From an uncultured Deinococcaceae bacterium (GTDB taxonomy: Bacteria; Deinococcota; Deinococci; Deinococcales; Deinococcaceae): DNA of 64,000 nucleotides. Under the pieces are notes generated by a model. The model had not been told where the DNA came from. It was given only the letters and a program-made list of their open reading frames with translations, and did no database searches. Below are positions 33,980 to 44,324 of this stretch, in pieces. The number at the start of each line of letters is the position of its first letter. Positions within the stretch are counted from its first letter, which is position 1. The stretch covers positions 160,001 to 224,000 of the forward strand of contig CAXULY010000002.1 in NCBI GenBank assembly GCA_964252075.1, written 5' to 3'. The position numbers and the translations under genes are program-made.

Positions 33980-35911
33980 TCAGTTGAGTCTGGAGAGCCG
34001 CTCCATCATGTGCTGCAGCGCCGGGGGGCGCTCCAGCTGCTCCGCGTCGAAGCGCTCCGTGACGCCCCGCAGGGTGTGCAGCGCCTGCGCGCGGCCCTCC
34101 AGTTGCAGGGTGGCTTCCACCAGCAGTTCGGCGAGCGTCTCGTCGAAAGGATCAATTTCCAGCAGGCGCCGCGAGAGGCGCAGGCAGCGCGCGTAATCGC
34201 CGCTGGCACTCCAGCGCTGCATGAGTTGCAGCCCGACCTTGACCATGGACCATTCCAAGTGCGTTCGCTCCTTGTGCACCCACTCGCTGGTCGCGTCTGC
34301 CAGGAACGGTCCCTGATAGAGCGTCAGGGCGTGCATGAGGCCATTGTCGTTCCCGGCACTGAGCAGGCGCTGAAACTCCTCGACGTCCCACGAGAGGCGC
34401 GTGCCCTCCACCTGCACGCCGTAGGTGCCGCGCTCCCGCTCGAAGCGAATCGCGAGGTTCGGGAGCACCTGATTGAGCTCGTGGCGCGCCTGATGGAAGT
34501 AATTCGTGGCGCGCTGCGGGTCGTCGTCGGGCCACAGGTCCAGCAGCACCTCGTCGCGCGTGACGGACTCGCGCAGCATCACGTAGGTAAGGAGTTCCAC
34601 GCTCCGGCGCATGCCGAGCCGCACCTCCTGGCCGTCCACCAGCACCTGACCGCGCCCGAAGGACTGCAGGCGCACCTGCAGGGGCGCGCAGATGTCCGTC
34701 GCGCGGCGGTCCGCGAGCAGGCGCTGCGCGTCCGCTTCGTCCGCGTGCGCGGCGAGATACGCGGGCAGTTCGCGCAGCAGGTGCAGCTCCGGGATGAGCG
34801 AGGCCCCGTCCCCGAGCGCCTCGCGGTGCAGCGCTGCGCGGCGCAGCGCCTCACGGGCGGGCGCCGCCTCCCCCTGGCGCAGGTGCGCTTCCGCGAGGTG
34901 CAGTTCAGCCCACGCCGCCTCGCGCGGGAAGTCCAGGGCCGTCCAGGCGTCCCGCGCGCCGCGCAGGGTGCCGAGCGCCTCGGGGCGGCCCGCGCGCGCC
35001 TCCCAGGCGCCGCGGCGCAGCGCGAGGTGCGCGCGGTCCGCGGGCTTCTCCTCCAGCCGCGCGGCGCGCGCGAGGGCGCCCGCCGCGTCGTCCAGCTGCC
35101 CGACCGCCGTGTGCACGCTTGCAGCGCCGAGCAGCGCGATGAACTCGGTGTTCGCCTCCCCCACCGTGCGGGCGTGCCCGGTCGCGGCGGCGTACGCGCT
35201 GAGCGCCTCTTGCCAGCGGCCCTGCGCGCGGCGCAGGGTCCCCAGCAGGTACGCCGTGAAGGCGCGCGCGCCGGGCGTGGCGTCCAGCAGCGCCTGGGCG
35301 GCGTCCAGGTCCGCGTCCGCGCGGGCGTAGCGGCCCGCGTGCACGGCGCACAGCGCGCGCGTCAGGAGCCCCTGCAGGCGGCGCTCCGGGAGGGTCCCCG
35401 CGATGGCCGTGTCGAGGTAATGCAGGGCGGGCGCGGTGCGGCCCAGCTGCGCGTAGGCGTACCCGAGCAGTTGCGCGGTGGGGCCCACCAGCGCCTCACC
35501 GTCCGCGCCGAGCGCGGTGACGTCACGCCACGCCAGCTCCAGTGCCCGCACGGCCTCGCGGTGCTGCCCGGCGGCCAGCAGGCACGCGCCGTGCTCGCGG
35601 TGCGCGAGCGCCCGGTCGAAGGGGCCGAGGTCCCCCCACGGCAGCGTCATCAGGGCCTCCATGGCGGACTCCAGCTGCCCCAGGTACCGCCACACGGTGG
35701 CCAGTTCGATGCCGGCCGCCGCGCAGCCGCGCGCGTGGGCGCGCAGCAGCAGGTCCTTGGCGGGCAGCAGTTCCCCCAGCGCGAAGCGCGCGTAGCCGCC
35801 CCAGCGGTCGTCGTCCGCGTCGGGCGCGGGGCGCGCCGCGTACGCCGCGAGGGCCGCCCCCGCGCCCTCATTCAGCAGGGTACGCAGGAGGGTGGGGCGC
35901 TCGGGCGTCAT
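33980..35911 (-). CDS. TPR-repeat transcriptional regulator with C-terminal winged-helix + BTAD (SARP-like) module
   Basis: Ala/Leu-rich TPR helices, then LQSFGRGQV...ELLTY...LLDLWPD, DVEEF, LYQGPFL...EW, LEIDPFDE. Confidence 0.85.
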   Translation of the reverse strand: MTPERPTLLRTLLNEGAGAALAAYAARPAPDADDDRWGGYARFALGELLPAKDLLLRAHARGCAAAGIELATVWRYLGQLESAMEALMTLPWGDLGPFDRALAHREHGACLLAAGQHREAVRALELAWRDVTALGADGEALVGPTAQLLGYAYAQLGRTAPALHYLDTAIAGTLPERRLQGLLTRALCAVHAGRYARADADLDAAQALLDATPGARAFTAYLLGTLRRAQGRWQEALSAYAAATGHARTVGEANTEFIALLGAASVHTAVGQLDDAAGALARAARLEEKPADRAHLALRRGAWEARAGRPEALGTLRGARDAWTALDFPREAAWAELHLAEAHLRQGEAAPAREALRRAALHREALGDGASLIPELHLLRELPAYLAAHADEADAQRLLADRRATDICAPLQVRLQSFGRGQVLVDGQEVRLGMRRSVELLTYVMLRESVTRDEVLLDLWPDDDPQRATNYFHQARHELNQVLPNLAIRFERERGTYGVQVEGTRLSWDVEEFQRLLSAGNDNGLMHALTLYQGPFLADATSEWVHKERTHLEWSMVKVGLQLMQRWSASGDYARCLRLSRRLLEIDPFDETLAELLVEATLQLEGRAQALHTLRGVTERFDAEQLERPPALQHMMERLSRLN

Positions 35912-36014
35912 GCCCCCAGTGTACTGACGGCCACTCAGTGAGGAGGCATTTTCAGCTACACGGCCACTACAAGCGCACTCACTACTCTTTCATCACGCCT
36001 GGGAGGGCGTCCTC

Positions 36015-36161
36015 ATGCGGAACACCCTGCGCACGCTGCTTGGCACCCTGACCATCCTGCTCGCCGCCACCTCGGCCCTCGCGGACGGCAACGTCGTCGG
36101 CGGTGGGGGCCTCGGCAAACCCACCCCGACCGCCGCGTCCCCCGTCAGCACCCAGCCCTGA
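36015..36161 (+). CDS. Small secreted peptide (48 aa), not in the ORF track
   Basis: SD GGGAGG at 36001; MRNTLRTLLGTLTILLAATSALA/DGNVVGGGGLGKPTPTAASPVSTQP; Sec signal with an A-L-A cleavage site; GC3-rich codons. Confidence 0.75.
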   Translation: MRNTLRTLLGTLTILLAATSALADGNVVGGGGLGKPTPTAASPVSTQP

Positions 36162-36248
36162 ACTTCGGCACGAAGCGCCCCGCGCACGCACGGTGCCGGG
36201 GCGCGTGGCCTGCCGCTGGTCTTCCCTTCATTCCCTCAAGGAGTTCTC

Positions 36249-37565
36249 ATGCGTCAACTGCTGCTTGCCTGCACGCTCATCACCAGCGCCCTCGTTCTCG
36301 GCAGCTGCGCCGCGCCCCCACAGGTCGCCGCGCCCGCCCGCGCCGCCACGTACACCCAGCTGCTCACCGTCCACATTGACGCCAGCGCCCGCGCGCAGGA
36401 CCTCGAACGGCGCAGCGGCGGCAAGGTGCTGATCTTCAAGCCCGAGGCGGGCTTCGCGGTGCTCGGCCTGACGGGCGCGGGCAACCCCCTGCGCGCCCAG
36501 GCGAGCGTCGGCGGGCAGCTGGAGCAGAACGCCGGGAACTTCCACCTCACGGGCGGCACCCTGTGGATTGATGGCGGCACGCTCTGGATTGACGGCGGCA
36601 CCCTGTGGATCGACGGTGGCACGCTCTGGATTGACGGCGGCACCCTGTGGATTGACGGCGGCACGCTCTGGATCGACGGGCAGTTCCACTCGATGCCGCA
36701 GAACACCGACGCCTTCAGGCAGGTGCACCTTGACGACGCGCAGCGCCGCTCCGCGCACCTCGGCGCGGGCGTCAAGGTCGCTGTGATTGATTCGGGCCTT
36801 GATCTCACGCACCCAGCCTTCCAGGGCGTGGTGGATCAGCAGAACATGCATGACTTCGTGGACGGCGACAGCCAGCCGCAGGAGGTCGGGCAGGTCGGGC
36901 AGGTGCCGTACGGGCACGGCACGGGCGTCGCGGGTGTGGTGCGGCAGGTCGCGCCGAACAGCCGCATCCTGCCCCTGCGCGTGGTGGACGCGAACGGCAA
37001 CGCCGACGCCGCGAACGTCGCGAGCGCCATCGTGTGGGCGGTCGATCACGGCTCGCAGGTCATCAACCTCAGCCTGGGCAGCGACGAGGACTCCCCCGCC
37101 GTGGACGCCGCGCTGGAGTACGCCGCGAGCCACAACGTGAACGTGACCCTCTCGGCGGGCAACCGCGGCGCGGAGGTGCTGGACGAGCCCGCCGCGAGCA
37201 TCGCGGGGAGCGCCGCGCGGCGCGCCACCAGCGTCAGCGTCGGCAGCGTGGACGCCAGTGACACCAGGAGCAGCTTCAGCAGCTACGGCCCCACCCTGAA
37301 CCTCAGCGCGCCCGGCGAGCACATCACGGTGCCCGCACCGGACGGTCACATGGCGGTGTGGAGCGGCACGTCCTTCAGCGCGCCGCTCGCGGCGGGCGCA
37401 CTCGCGCTCGCGCTGGGGGAACGCAGCAACGGCGCGAACGTCATTCAGGCGCTCAAGGACAGCGCGCAGGACATCAACGGCGTGAGCGGCAACGCCGCCT
37501 ACGCCCAGAAGCTCGGCGGGCGCCTGGACGTGAACGCTCTGCTGCAGCGCGTCACCACCCCCTGA
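36249..37565 (+). CDS. S8 subtilisin-like serine peptidase, lipoprotein
   Basis: Lipobox LGSC; triad VIDSG / HGTGVAG / GTSFSAP; SAGN oxyanion Asn; SD AAGGAG. Confidence 0.92.
   Translation: MRQLLLACTLITSALVLGSCAAPPQVAAPARAATYTQLLTVHIDASARAQDLERRSGGKVLIFKPEAGFAVLGLTGAGNPLRAQASVGGQLEQNAGNFHLTGGTLWIDGGTLWIDGGTLWIDGGTLWIDGGTLWIDGGTLWIDGQFHSMPQNTDAFRQVHLDDAQRRSAHLGAGVKVAVIDSGLDLTHPAFQGVVDQQNMHDFVDGDSQPQEVGQVGQVPYGHGTGVAGVVRQVAPNSRILPLRVVDANGNADAANVASAIVWAVDHGSQVINLSLGSDEDSPAVDAALEYAASHNVNVTLSAGNRGAEVLDEPAASIAGSAARRATSVSVGSVDASDTRSSFSSYGPTLNLSAPGEHITVPAPDGHMAVWSGTSFSAPLAAGALALALGERSNGANVIQALKDSAQDINGVSGNAAYAQKLGGRLDVNALLQRVTTP
36552..36677 (+). repeat. 6 x 21-bp in-frame tandem repeat encoding (GGTLWID)6
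   Basis: GGYGGCACSCTSTGGATYGAY x6; only synonymous differences. Confidence 0.97.
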
Positions 37566-37578
37566 CCTCAGGCAGAAC

Positions 37579-37620
37579 CACAACTGGAGGGGCGGCCTTG
37601 GGGCCGCCCCTCCAGTTGTG
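37579..37620. terminator. 19-bp perfect hairpin after the subtilase gene
   Basis: CACAACTGGAGGGGCGGCC-TTGG-GGCCGCCCCTCCAGTTGTG. Confidence 0.75.
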
Positions 37621-37671
37621 ACTTTGAGCGCTTCCCGGGCACAGGCGCGGCATAAACTGACAACAGCACCC

Positions 37672-40287
37672 ATGGCCACTGTCGCTCCCGCCCCCACCGA
37701 CGATGCGCGCGCCGCCCTGAAGCGCGCGCACGACCGAGTGCGGCGCCTGCGGCAGCGCACGCCCTCCCCGCAACGCGACGCGCGGCTCGCGGAGGCGCTG
37801 TGCGCGCTCGGCGGTGAGTACCAGGCGCAGTCCCGTCCGGACGGCGCGCGCCTCAGTTACGCCGAGGCCGCGCAACTCGCCGCCGAGCGCGCGCGCGGCG
37901 CCCTGGAGGCGCAGGCGCAGCTGGGGCTGGGCCGCGCGCTGCGCCAGGAGGGTCAGGTGCAGGAGTCGCGCGCGGTGCTGGAGCGTGCCCTGGCCCTCAG
38001 TGAGCAGCTGGGCGACACCGCCACCGAAGCGGACGTGCGAAACGTGCTGGCGTCCCTGTGCCACATGGCGGGCGACACGCCCGCCGCGCGCAAGCACCTG
38101 CACCGCGCGCTGGACCTGCGGCGCGCGGCTGGGCAGGGCGCGCAGAGCGCGAACCTGCTGAACAACCTGGGCGTGCTGTCCCTGCACGCCGGGGATCACC
38201 TCGTGGCGCTGCAGCACTTCAGGGACGCCCTGGCGCTCATGGAGGCGCACGGCAACGACCTGCGCGGCGAGGTGCGCTGCCTGAACAACATCGCGCAGCT
38301 GTACAGCGAACTGGGGCGGCACGAGGACGCCCGGCACTCCCTGCAGCGCGCACTGAGCCGCCACGAGGCGGTGCGGGACGACGCGGCGGGCGCCATGCTG
38401 CTCGTGAACCTCAGCGAGGCCCAGCGGGCACTCGGGCAGCACGATGAGGCGCTCTCCATCGCGGAACGCGCCCTGACCGTCGCGCGGCAGGCGAGTGCGG
38501 GCGACGCGATCATCCGCGCGTGGCTGGCGCTGGGCCGCGCGCGTACCGCCACGCGCGACAGCACCGGCGCGGCGCTGGCCTTCGAGGAGGCGCTCGGCGC
38601 CAGCCGTCACGCGCAGGACGTCGGCGGCGAGATCGAGGCGCAGCTCGGGCTGGGCGAGGTGGCGCTCGCGGGCGCGGCGCCCGAGGTGGCGCTCGCGCCG
38701 CTGCAGGCCGCGCTGGACTGCGCGCGGCAGCGCGAGTGGCAGCGGCTCGCGCTGCGCGCCCACGAGCTGCTCGCGGAGGCCGCCGAGCGCCTCGGTCAGC
38801 CTGCGGTGGCGCTGCAGCACGTGAAGCAGGCGCGGCAGCTGGACCAGCGGCTCTTCGACGAGCGCAGCGCGCAGGCGCTGCAGAACCTCAGCGTGCAGTA
38901 CGAGGTGGACCAGTTGCGGCGGGACGCGGCGACCAGCGCCCTCGTCAAGGACGCCGCGCTGAGCGCCAAGGCGCACGCCGAGGCGCAGGTGCACGAGCGC
39001 ACGCAGCAGCTGCAGCGCCTCGCGCTGTACGACGCCCTCACGGGCCTCCCGAACCGCGTGCTGTTCGCGGATCGCCTGCATCAGGCGGTGAATGTCGCGC
39101 GCAGCCGCCGGCGCGTGTTCGCGGTGGGGCTGCTGGACCTCGACCGCTTCAAGCAGGTGAATGACACGCTGGGTCATGCGGTCGGCGACGAGCTGCTCAA
39201 GCAGGTTGCAGGGCGTCTGCAGCGCTGCATGCGCGCCGACGACACGCTGGCCCGCATGGGCGGCGATGAGTTCCTGCTGATCCTGCAGGACGCCGACAGC
39301 GCGCGCGCGCTGTCCTTCGCGCGGCGCCTGCTGGAGGCCTTCAAGACGCCCTTCCAGACGGCCGGGCACGAGCTGTTCGTCACGCCGTCGCTGGGCATCG
39401 CGTCGTACCCAGAGCACACCACAGACCCGGACGCGCTGCTGGGCCTCGCGGACCGCGCGATGTACCGCGCAAAGCGCGACGGCGCCGGGTGCAGCGTGTT
39501 CGAGGCGTCGCAGGGTGAGGGGGACGTCCTGAGCGTGGAGAGCGCGCTGAACCGCGCGCTGGAGCGCGACGAGCTGCTGCTGCACTACCAGCCGCAGGTG
39601 GACGTGCGCACCGGGCAGGTCGTGGGTGTGGAGGCGCTGCTGCGCTGGCAGCGGCCGGGGGTGGGCCTCGTGCCGCCCATGCAGTTCATTCCGCTCGCGG
39701 AGGAAACCGGGCTGATCGTGCCAATTGGCGCGTGGGTGCTGGAACGCGCGTGCCTGCAGGCGCAGGCGTGGCCCGACATCCGGGTCGCCGTGAACCTCTC
39801 CGCGCGGCAGTTCGCGCAGGCGGACCTCGTTCAGACCGTGCAGCACGCCCTGCAGATCAGCAACCTGGACCCGCAGCGACTGGAGCTGGAACTCACGGAG
39901 AGCATGCTGATGCAGTCCCCGGAGCGGTCCATTCAGACCATCGAGGCGCTCAAGGTGCTGGGCGTGCGCGTGCTGATCGACGACTTCGGCACGGGGTACT
40001 CCAGCCTCGCGTACCTCACGCGCTTCCCGCTGGACGGCCTGAAGATTGACCGGTCCTTCCTGGCGTCGCTGGAGCCCGGCGAGGTGGGGCAGCACGCCAC
40101 CATCCTGAACGCCATCATTCAGCTCGCGCATCACCTCGGGTACGAGGTGGTGGCGGAGGGCGTGGAGACGCAGCAGCAGGCCACCTTCCTGAGTCGCCAC
40201 GGCTGCGAGACCGCGCAGGGGTACTTCTTCGGTCGGCCCGTGCCCGCCGAGCAGCTGAACTTCACGCGCTCCGCGTACCGCGACTGA
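37672..40287 (+). CDS. TPR-GGDEF-EAL diguanylate cyclase/phosphodiesterase
   Basis: TPRs (LNNLG, LNNIA), [37 protein letters not shown]. Confidence 0.93.
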   Translation: MATVAPAPTDDARAALKRAHDRVRRLRQRTPSPQRDARLAEALCALGGEYQAQSRPDGARLSYAEAAQLAAERARGALEAQAQLGLGRALRQEGQVQESRAVLERALALSEQLGDTATEADVRNVLASLCHMAGDTPAARKHLHRALDLRRAAGQGAQSANLLNNLGVLSLHAGDHLVALQHFRDALALMEAHGNDLRGEVRCLNNIAQLYSELGRHEDARHSLQRALSRHEAVRDDAAGAMLLVNLSEAQRALGQHDEALSIAERALTVARQASAGDAIIRAWLALGRARTATRDSTGAALAFEEALGASRHAQDVGGEIEAQLGLGEVALAGAAPEVALAPLQAALDCARQREWQRLALRAHELLAEAAERLGQPAVALQHVKQARQLDQRLFDERSAQALQNLSVQYEVDQLRRDAATSALVKDAALSAKAHAEAQVHERTQQLQRLALYDALTGLPNRVLFADRLHQAVNVARSRRRVFAVGLLDLDRFKQVNDTLGHAVGDELLKQVAGRLQRCMRADDTLARMGGDEFLLILQDADSARALSFARRLLEAFKTPFQTAGHELFVTPSLGIASYPEHTTDPDALLGLADRAMYRAKRDGAGCSVFEASQGEGDVLSVESALNRALERDELLLHYQPQVDVRTGQVVGVEALLRWQRPGVGLVPPMQFIPLAEETGLIVPIGAWVLERACLQAQAWPDIRVAVNLSARQFAQADLVQTVQHALQISNLDPQRLELELTESMLMQSPERSIQTIEALKVLGVRVLIDDFGTGYSSLAYLTRFPLDGLKIDRSFLASLEPGEVGQHATILNAIIQLAHHLGYEVVAEGVETQQQATFLSRHGCETAQGYFFGRPVPAEQLNFTRSAYRD

Positions 40288-40322
40288 AGCGCGCCCGGCC
40301 CTGACCTGGAGTACGGTGAGCC

Positions 40323-40580
40323 ATGCCACCGAGACTGGCGCGGGTGTTCCGGCTGGGCGTCGTGAATCCGGTCAAGCACATGTTCACGGTCCGCGCGGCG
40401 GACCTGACCGAGGAGGACCGGGCGCTCCTGCTCGCGGCGACGCGCAGCCGAAGCGAAAGCGCAGTCGTGGAGATCGTCTCGGAGCATGGCGTGTGGACCT
40501 TCGTGGTGAGCCCGCCCCGCATGCCGCCGCTGTCCGCGATGTTCGTGCTGACCAGCACGGGGCGATCACGCCCCCTCTGA
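40323..40580 (+). CDS. Hypothetical protein (85 aa)
   Basis: Coding-like codon usage, 35 nt downstream of the DGC gene; no family recognised. Confidence 0.4.
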   Translation: MPPRLARVFRLGVVNPVKHMFTVRAADLTEEDRALLLAATRSRSESAVVEIVSEHGVWTFVVSPPRMPPLSAMFVLTSTGRSRPL

Positions 40581-40959
40581 GGCTAGTGAGCGGGCGCCGC
40601 TGAAGGGCGGCATGCGGGGGGCTTCAGCAGAATTGAGATTCGAGGACCAGCACCTAAACGAGGCGGGGCGGGAGTAGGAACGGTTCGTCGAGGCGTTCGG
40701 CACGCGCGTCCCGCCTGACTTCCCGGTGACCCCGCAGGCGCGGGGGGCGCGCCGCTGGTGATTCACTGTCCGCCGCTGGACGGCGCACGGCGGGACCTCG
40801 TTCCGGTCACCGTCCGCCGGCGGACTCGCGGTGGAGGCAAGCCTTCACCTGCGGCCCCGACCGTAGGTGATGTGGCAGTCCCACGCGCGCAGCCGCGGCT
40901 AAAATGCCACGTTCCATGAAAGGCCAGCGCGCTTCGCCTGAAGTGCGCGCCCCAGCGAG

Positions 40960-42396
40960 GTGGATGTGAAACGACTGCTTGTCCTGAACGCGCTGCTGCT
41001 CCTCACCGCCGCTCAGGCCGCCCCGGGATCATGGCGCGGCACCATCACCATGTACGTCCAGGACTACACCCCGAACTGGCCGGGCGCGGATAAACCCCTG
41101 AAGGTCTTCCAGCAGATCGCGGACGAGTACCAGGCGAAGTACCCCGGCATGAAGATCAAGTTCAGCACCGTGCCCATCCCGGACAACGACACGAACATCC
41201 GCGTGAAGGCCGCCGCGGGCGAACTCTTCGACATTTACTGGGCGCAGGCCGCGAGCCTGAACAGCACCCTCCCGAAGGGCGTCGCGGTGAACCTCGCGGA
41301 CGCCTTCAAGCAGCCGAACCCGTACATCCCCGGCAACAAGGCGTGGCAGGACGTGATGAACAAGACGGTCGTCGCGGAGAGCCGCGCGCCGGACGGCTCG
41401 GTGTACGTGCTGAGCGGTGACAACGTCGTGTACACCATCTTCTACAACCGCGACCTGTTCAAAAAGGCGGGCATCACGCAGGCGCCCACCTCCTTCTCGG
41501 GCCTCGTGCAGGCCGCCAAGAAACTCAAGGCGGCGGGCGTGGTGCCGGTGCACGCGGTGCCCGCGTACCCGTGGTGGAGCACCTTCTTCCTCAGCGACCT
41601 GTACAGCAAGGATTACGACCGCATCGCGGGCGCGGACGGTCAGCCGGGCATGTCCGCGCTGGATGAGGTCGTGGCGATCCACAAGGGCGTGCTCTCGCCC
41701 AAAGACCCGCGCTTCATGTCGTGGTGGCCGACCTTCAAGCAGTTCACGGACCAGTGGCCGAAGGATTACCTCACCCTGGACGCCGGGAAGAACTACGACG
41801 CCTTCAACCAGGACTTCGTGGGCGGCAAGTCCGCCATGATCTTCGAGGGCAGTTACTCCGCGCGCACCCTCTCGGACCTCGGCGCGAAATTCAAGGTGGG
41901 GGCCTTCAACTTCCCGAAGCTCACCAAGCAGGAAAGCCCGCTCGCGACGGGCGCGGACGTCGCGAACGCCTTCGGCGGCACGGGGTCCTTCCAGTTCGCC
42001 ATCAGCACGCCGCTCGCGGACAAGACCATGCGCGAGGCGGGCAAGGCGGCGGCGGTGCTGGACTGGATGCGCTTCTTCGGCACCCCGAAAAACCTGCAGC
42101 GCCTCACGAGCGAGCAGGGCAGCTACGTGCCGATCTGGCCGGGCACCACGCCGAAACTCGCGGCGGACTTCGACGCGTCGGCCCTGAAGGCGCAGATCGG
42201 GAAGCCCCGGCGCGCCATCAACGTGGGGAACGCCGCGCCGAACCTCGGGTGGGTGGACATGCAGCGCATCTTCGGGCTGTACCTCGCGGGGAACATCACG
42301 CTCGATCAGGCCAAGTCGCAGGTGCAGACCCTGCTGGACCGCGCCGCCACCACGTACGCCCGCAAGAACAAGGTGGATTTCGCCAAGTATCAGTGA
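40960..42396 (+). CDS. Sugar ABC transporter substrate-binding protein
   Basis: Signal peptide ending AQA, IFYNRDLFKKAGI motif; followed by two permeases. Confidence 0.9.
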   Translation: MDVKRLLVLNALLLLTAAQAAPGSWRGTITMYVQDYTPNWPGADKPLKVFQQIADEYQAKYPGMKIKFSTVPIPDNDTNIRVKAAAGELFDIYWAQAASLNSTLPKGVAVNLADAFKQPNPYIPGNKAWQDVMNKTVVAESRAPDGSVYVLSGDNVVYTIFYNRDLFKKAGITQAPTSFSGLVQAAKKLKAAGVVPVHAVPAYPWWSTFFLSDLYSKDYDRIAGADGQPGMSALDEVVAIHKGVLSPKDPRFMSWWPTFKQFTDQWPKDYLTLDAGKNYDAFNQDFVGGKSAMIFEGSYSARTLSDLGAKFKVGAFNFPKLTKQESPLATGADVANAFGGTGSFQFAISTPLADKTMREAGKAAAVLDWMRFFGTPKNLQRLTSEQGSYVPIWPGTTPKLAADFDASALKAQIGKPRRAINVGNAAPNLGWVDMQRIFGLYLAGNITLDQAKSQVQTLLDRAATTYARKNKVDFAKYQ

Positions 42397-42529
42397 GGTG
42401 CACGGCGCATGAGTGACTTCGCGTTTCTGTTGACCACCCTCAGCCACACCTGGCCTGAACGCCCCGCGTGGGTGGCGCGCGGGCCGGGCTGCTGAGGGTG
42501 CAGCTCCGGCTTTCTGCTGGGGGCGGGCC

Positions 42530-43444
42530 GTGACGGCCCGCCCCGCGTCCCCTCGCGCGCCGCGCCGCACGTGGCGGCGCCTGCGGCGCGGCTGGCCCGC
42601 GTACCTGTTCCTGCTGCCGAGCGCGCTGCTGATGGGGTACTTCCTGTACACCCCGGCGTTCACCGCCATCACGCGGGCCTTCACGGACTGGGACGGCCTG
42701 AACGCCCCGAACTTCACGGGCCTGGAGAACTTCCAGCGCAGCCTCACGGACCCCGTGATGGGTGAGGCGCTCGGGAACCTCGGGCTGTGGGTGGTGCTGG
42801 GCCTCGTGCTGGCGCTGCTGCCCCCCCTGCTGGTCGCGGAGCTGATCTTTCACCTGCGCGGCTCGCGGCGTCAGTACGTGTGGCGCAGCGTGTTCGTGGT
42901 GCCCATCGTGGTGCCGTCGCTGGTGCTGCTCCTCATGTGGGGCACCTTCTACCGCAGCGACGGCCTCATCAACACCCTGCTGGGGGACGTGGGCCTCGCG
43001 GGGTGGCGGCACGACTGGCTGAGCGACCCACACACGGCGCTCCCCAGCCTGATCTTCCTGGGCTTCCCGTACATCGACGTGTTCTTCCTGCTGCTGCTGT
43101 ACGCGGGCCTGCAGGCCATCCCGCAGGAGGTCTTCGAGGCGGCGCGGCTGGACGGCGTGGGCGGCTGGCGGCGCGTGTGGAGCATGGACCTGCCGCTGCT
43201 GCGCCCGCAGCTCGGCGTGATCGCGCTGCTCTCGGTCATCGGGAACCTGCAGTACTTCGTGAGCCCGCTGGTCCTCACGTCCGGCGGGCCAGGGTACGCC
43301 ACGACCGTCCCGGCCCTCATGATGTACAACGTCGCCACGAAAAACGGCGAGTACGGGTACGGCATGTCCATCGCGGTGCTGCTGATGGTGGTGGTGGCGC
43401 TCATCACGCTCGGGTCGCGCCTCCTCACGCGGGGGCGCGCGTGA
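42530..43444 (+). CDS. Carbohydrate ABC transporter permease
   Basis: FTDWDG..FTGLENF, EAARLDGV. Confidence 0.92.
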   Translation: MTARPASPRAPRRTWRRLRRGWPAYLFLLPSALLMGYFLYTPAFTAITRAFTDWDGLNAPNFTGLENFQRSLTDPVMGEALGNLGLWVVLGLVLALLPPLLVAELIFHLRGSRRQYVWRSVFVVPIVVPSLVLLLMWGTFYRSDGLINTLLGDVGLAGWRHDWLSDPHTALPSLIFLGFPYIDVFFLLLLYAGLQAIPQEVFEAARLDGVGGWRRVWSMDLPLLRPQLGVIALLSVIGNLQYFVSPLVLTSGGPGYATTVPALMMYNVATKNGEYGYGMSIAVLLMVVVALITLGSRLLTRGRA

Positions 43445-44283
43445 GGCGCGGGCGGGGCATCACGCCGGGCGAGGCGCTGCGGCAGGTCATCCTGCTCGTG
43501 CTGGCGGTCCTCACCCTGTTCCCCGTGTACTTCAGCGTCGTGAATTCCCTGAAGAGCCCCGTGCAGTACGCGCAGAACCTCCTGAACCTGCCCGCCCACC
43601 CGCACCTTGAGAATTACCTGCAGGCGTGGCAGCAGATTCAGGGGCCGCTCCTGAACTCCGTGATCGTGACGGTCACGAGCGTCCTGGCGACCGTGGTGTT
43701 CGCGACGCTCAGCGCGTACGCCTTCGCGCTCATGGATTTCCCGGGGCGGCGGTTGCTGTTCGCGCTCACGGTGCTGCTGCTGCTCGTGCCGGACTTCCTG
43801 ACGCTCATTCCGCTGTACGTGCAGATCAAGTCGCTGCCGCTGCCCAGCAATTACCTCGCGATCATCCTGCCGACCGTCGCGGCGGGGCAGCCCTTCGCGA
43901 TTCTGGTGCTGCGCGCGGCCTTCGAGTCCCTCCCGAACGACATGATGGAGGCCGCGCGGCTGGACGGCGCGGGGCACGCGCAGCTGCTGCGCTGGGTGGT
44001 GCTGCCGCTCAGCCTGCCCATCCTGGTGAGCGTGAGCATCATCCGGCTGGTGCCGGTGTGGAACGACTTCCTGCTGCCGTCCCTGGTGCTGGATGAGGCG
44101 CACCGCACCATCCCGATGGCGCTCGTGAGCTTCCAGGGGTCCGGCACGGCGTCGAGCGGCGCGCCGAACTACGGGGCGCTGATGGCGTCATACGTGCTGT
44201 CGGCGGTGCCGCTGGTGCTGCTGTTCTCGTTCCTGATGCGCTACTACGTGCAGGGCGTCACGACGGGCGGCGTGAAGGCCTGA
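43441..44283 (+). CDS. Carbohydrate ABC transporter permease
   Basis: GTGA overlap; EAARLDGA, WNDFLLP, GGVKA end. Confidence 0.92.
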   Translation: MRRGRGITPGEALRQVILLVLAVLTLFPVYFSVVNSLKSPVQYAQNLLNLPAHPHLENYLQAWQQIQGPLLNSVIVTVTSVLATVVFATLSAYAFALMDFPGRRLLFALTVLLLLVPDFLTLIPLYVQIKSLPLPSNYLAIILPTVAAGQPFAILVLRAAFESLPNDMMEAARLDGAGHAQLLRWVVLPLSLPILVSVSIIRLVPVWNDFLLPSLVLDEAHRTIPMALVSFQGSGTASSGAPNYGALMASYVLSAVPLVLLFSFLMRYYVQGVTTGGVKA

Positions 44284-44289
44284 CAGGAC

Positions 44290-44320
44290 GGAGGGGCCGG
44301 GCGTGTGCCCGGCCCCTCCC
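44290..44320. terminator. Hairpin between convergent genes
   Basis: GGAGGGGCCGGGC-GTGT-GCCCGGCCCCTCC. Confidence 0.65.
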
Positions 44321-44324
44321 CTGC

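Noticed and set aside
33875..35941. 688-aa plus-strand ORF
   Set aside because: Antisense to the TPR-BTAD regulator; no motifs.
36552..36677. CRISPR or non-coding VNTR interpretation
   Set aside because: No spacers, in frame inside a protease gene, and variation only at synonymous sites.
37552..40329. 925-aa minus-strand ORF
   Set aside because: Antisense shadow of the TPR-GGDEF-EAL gene.
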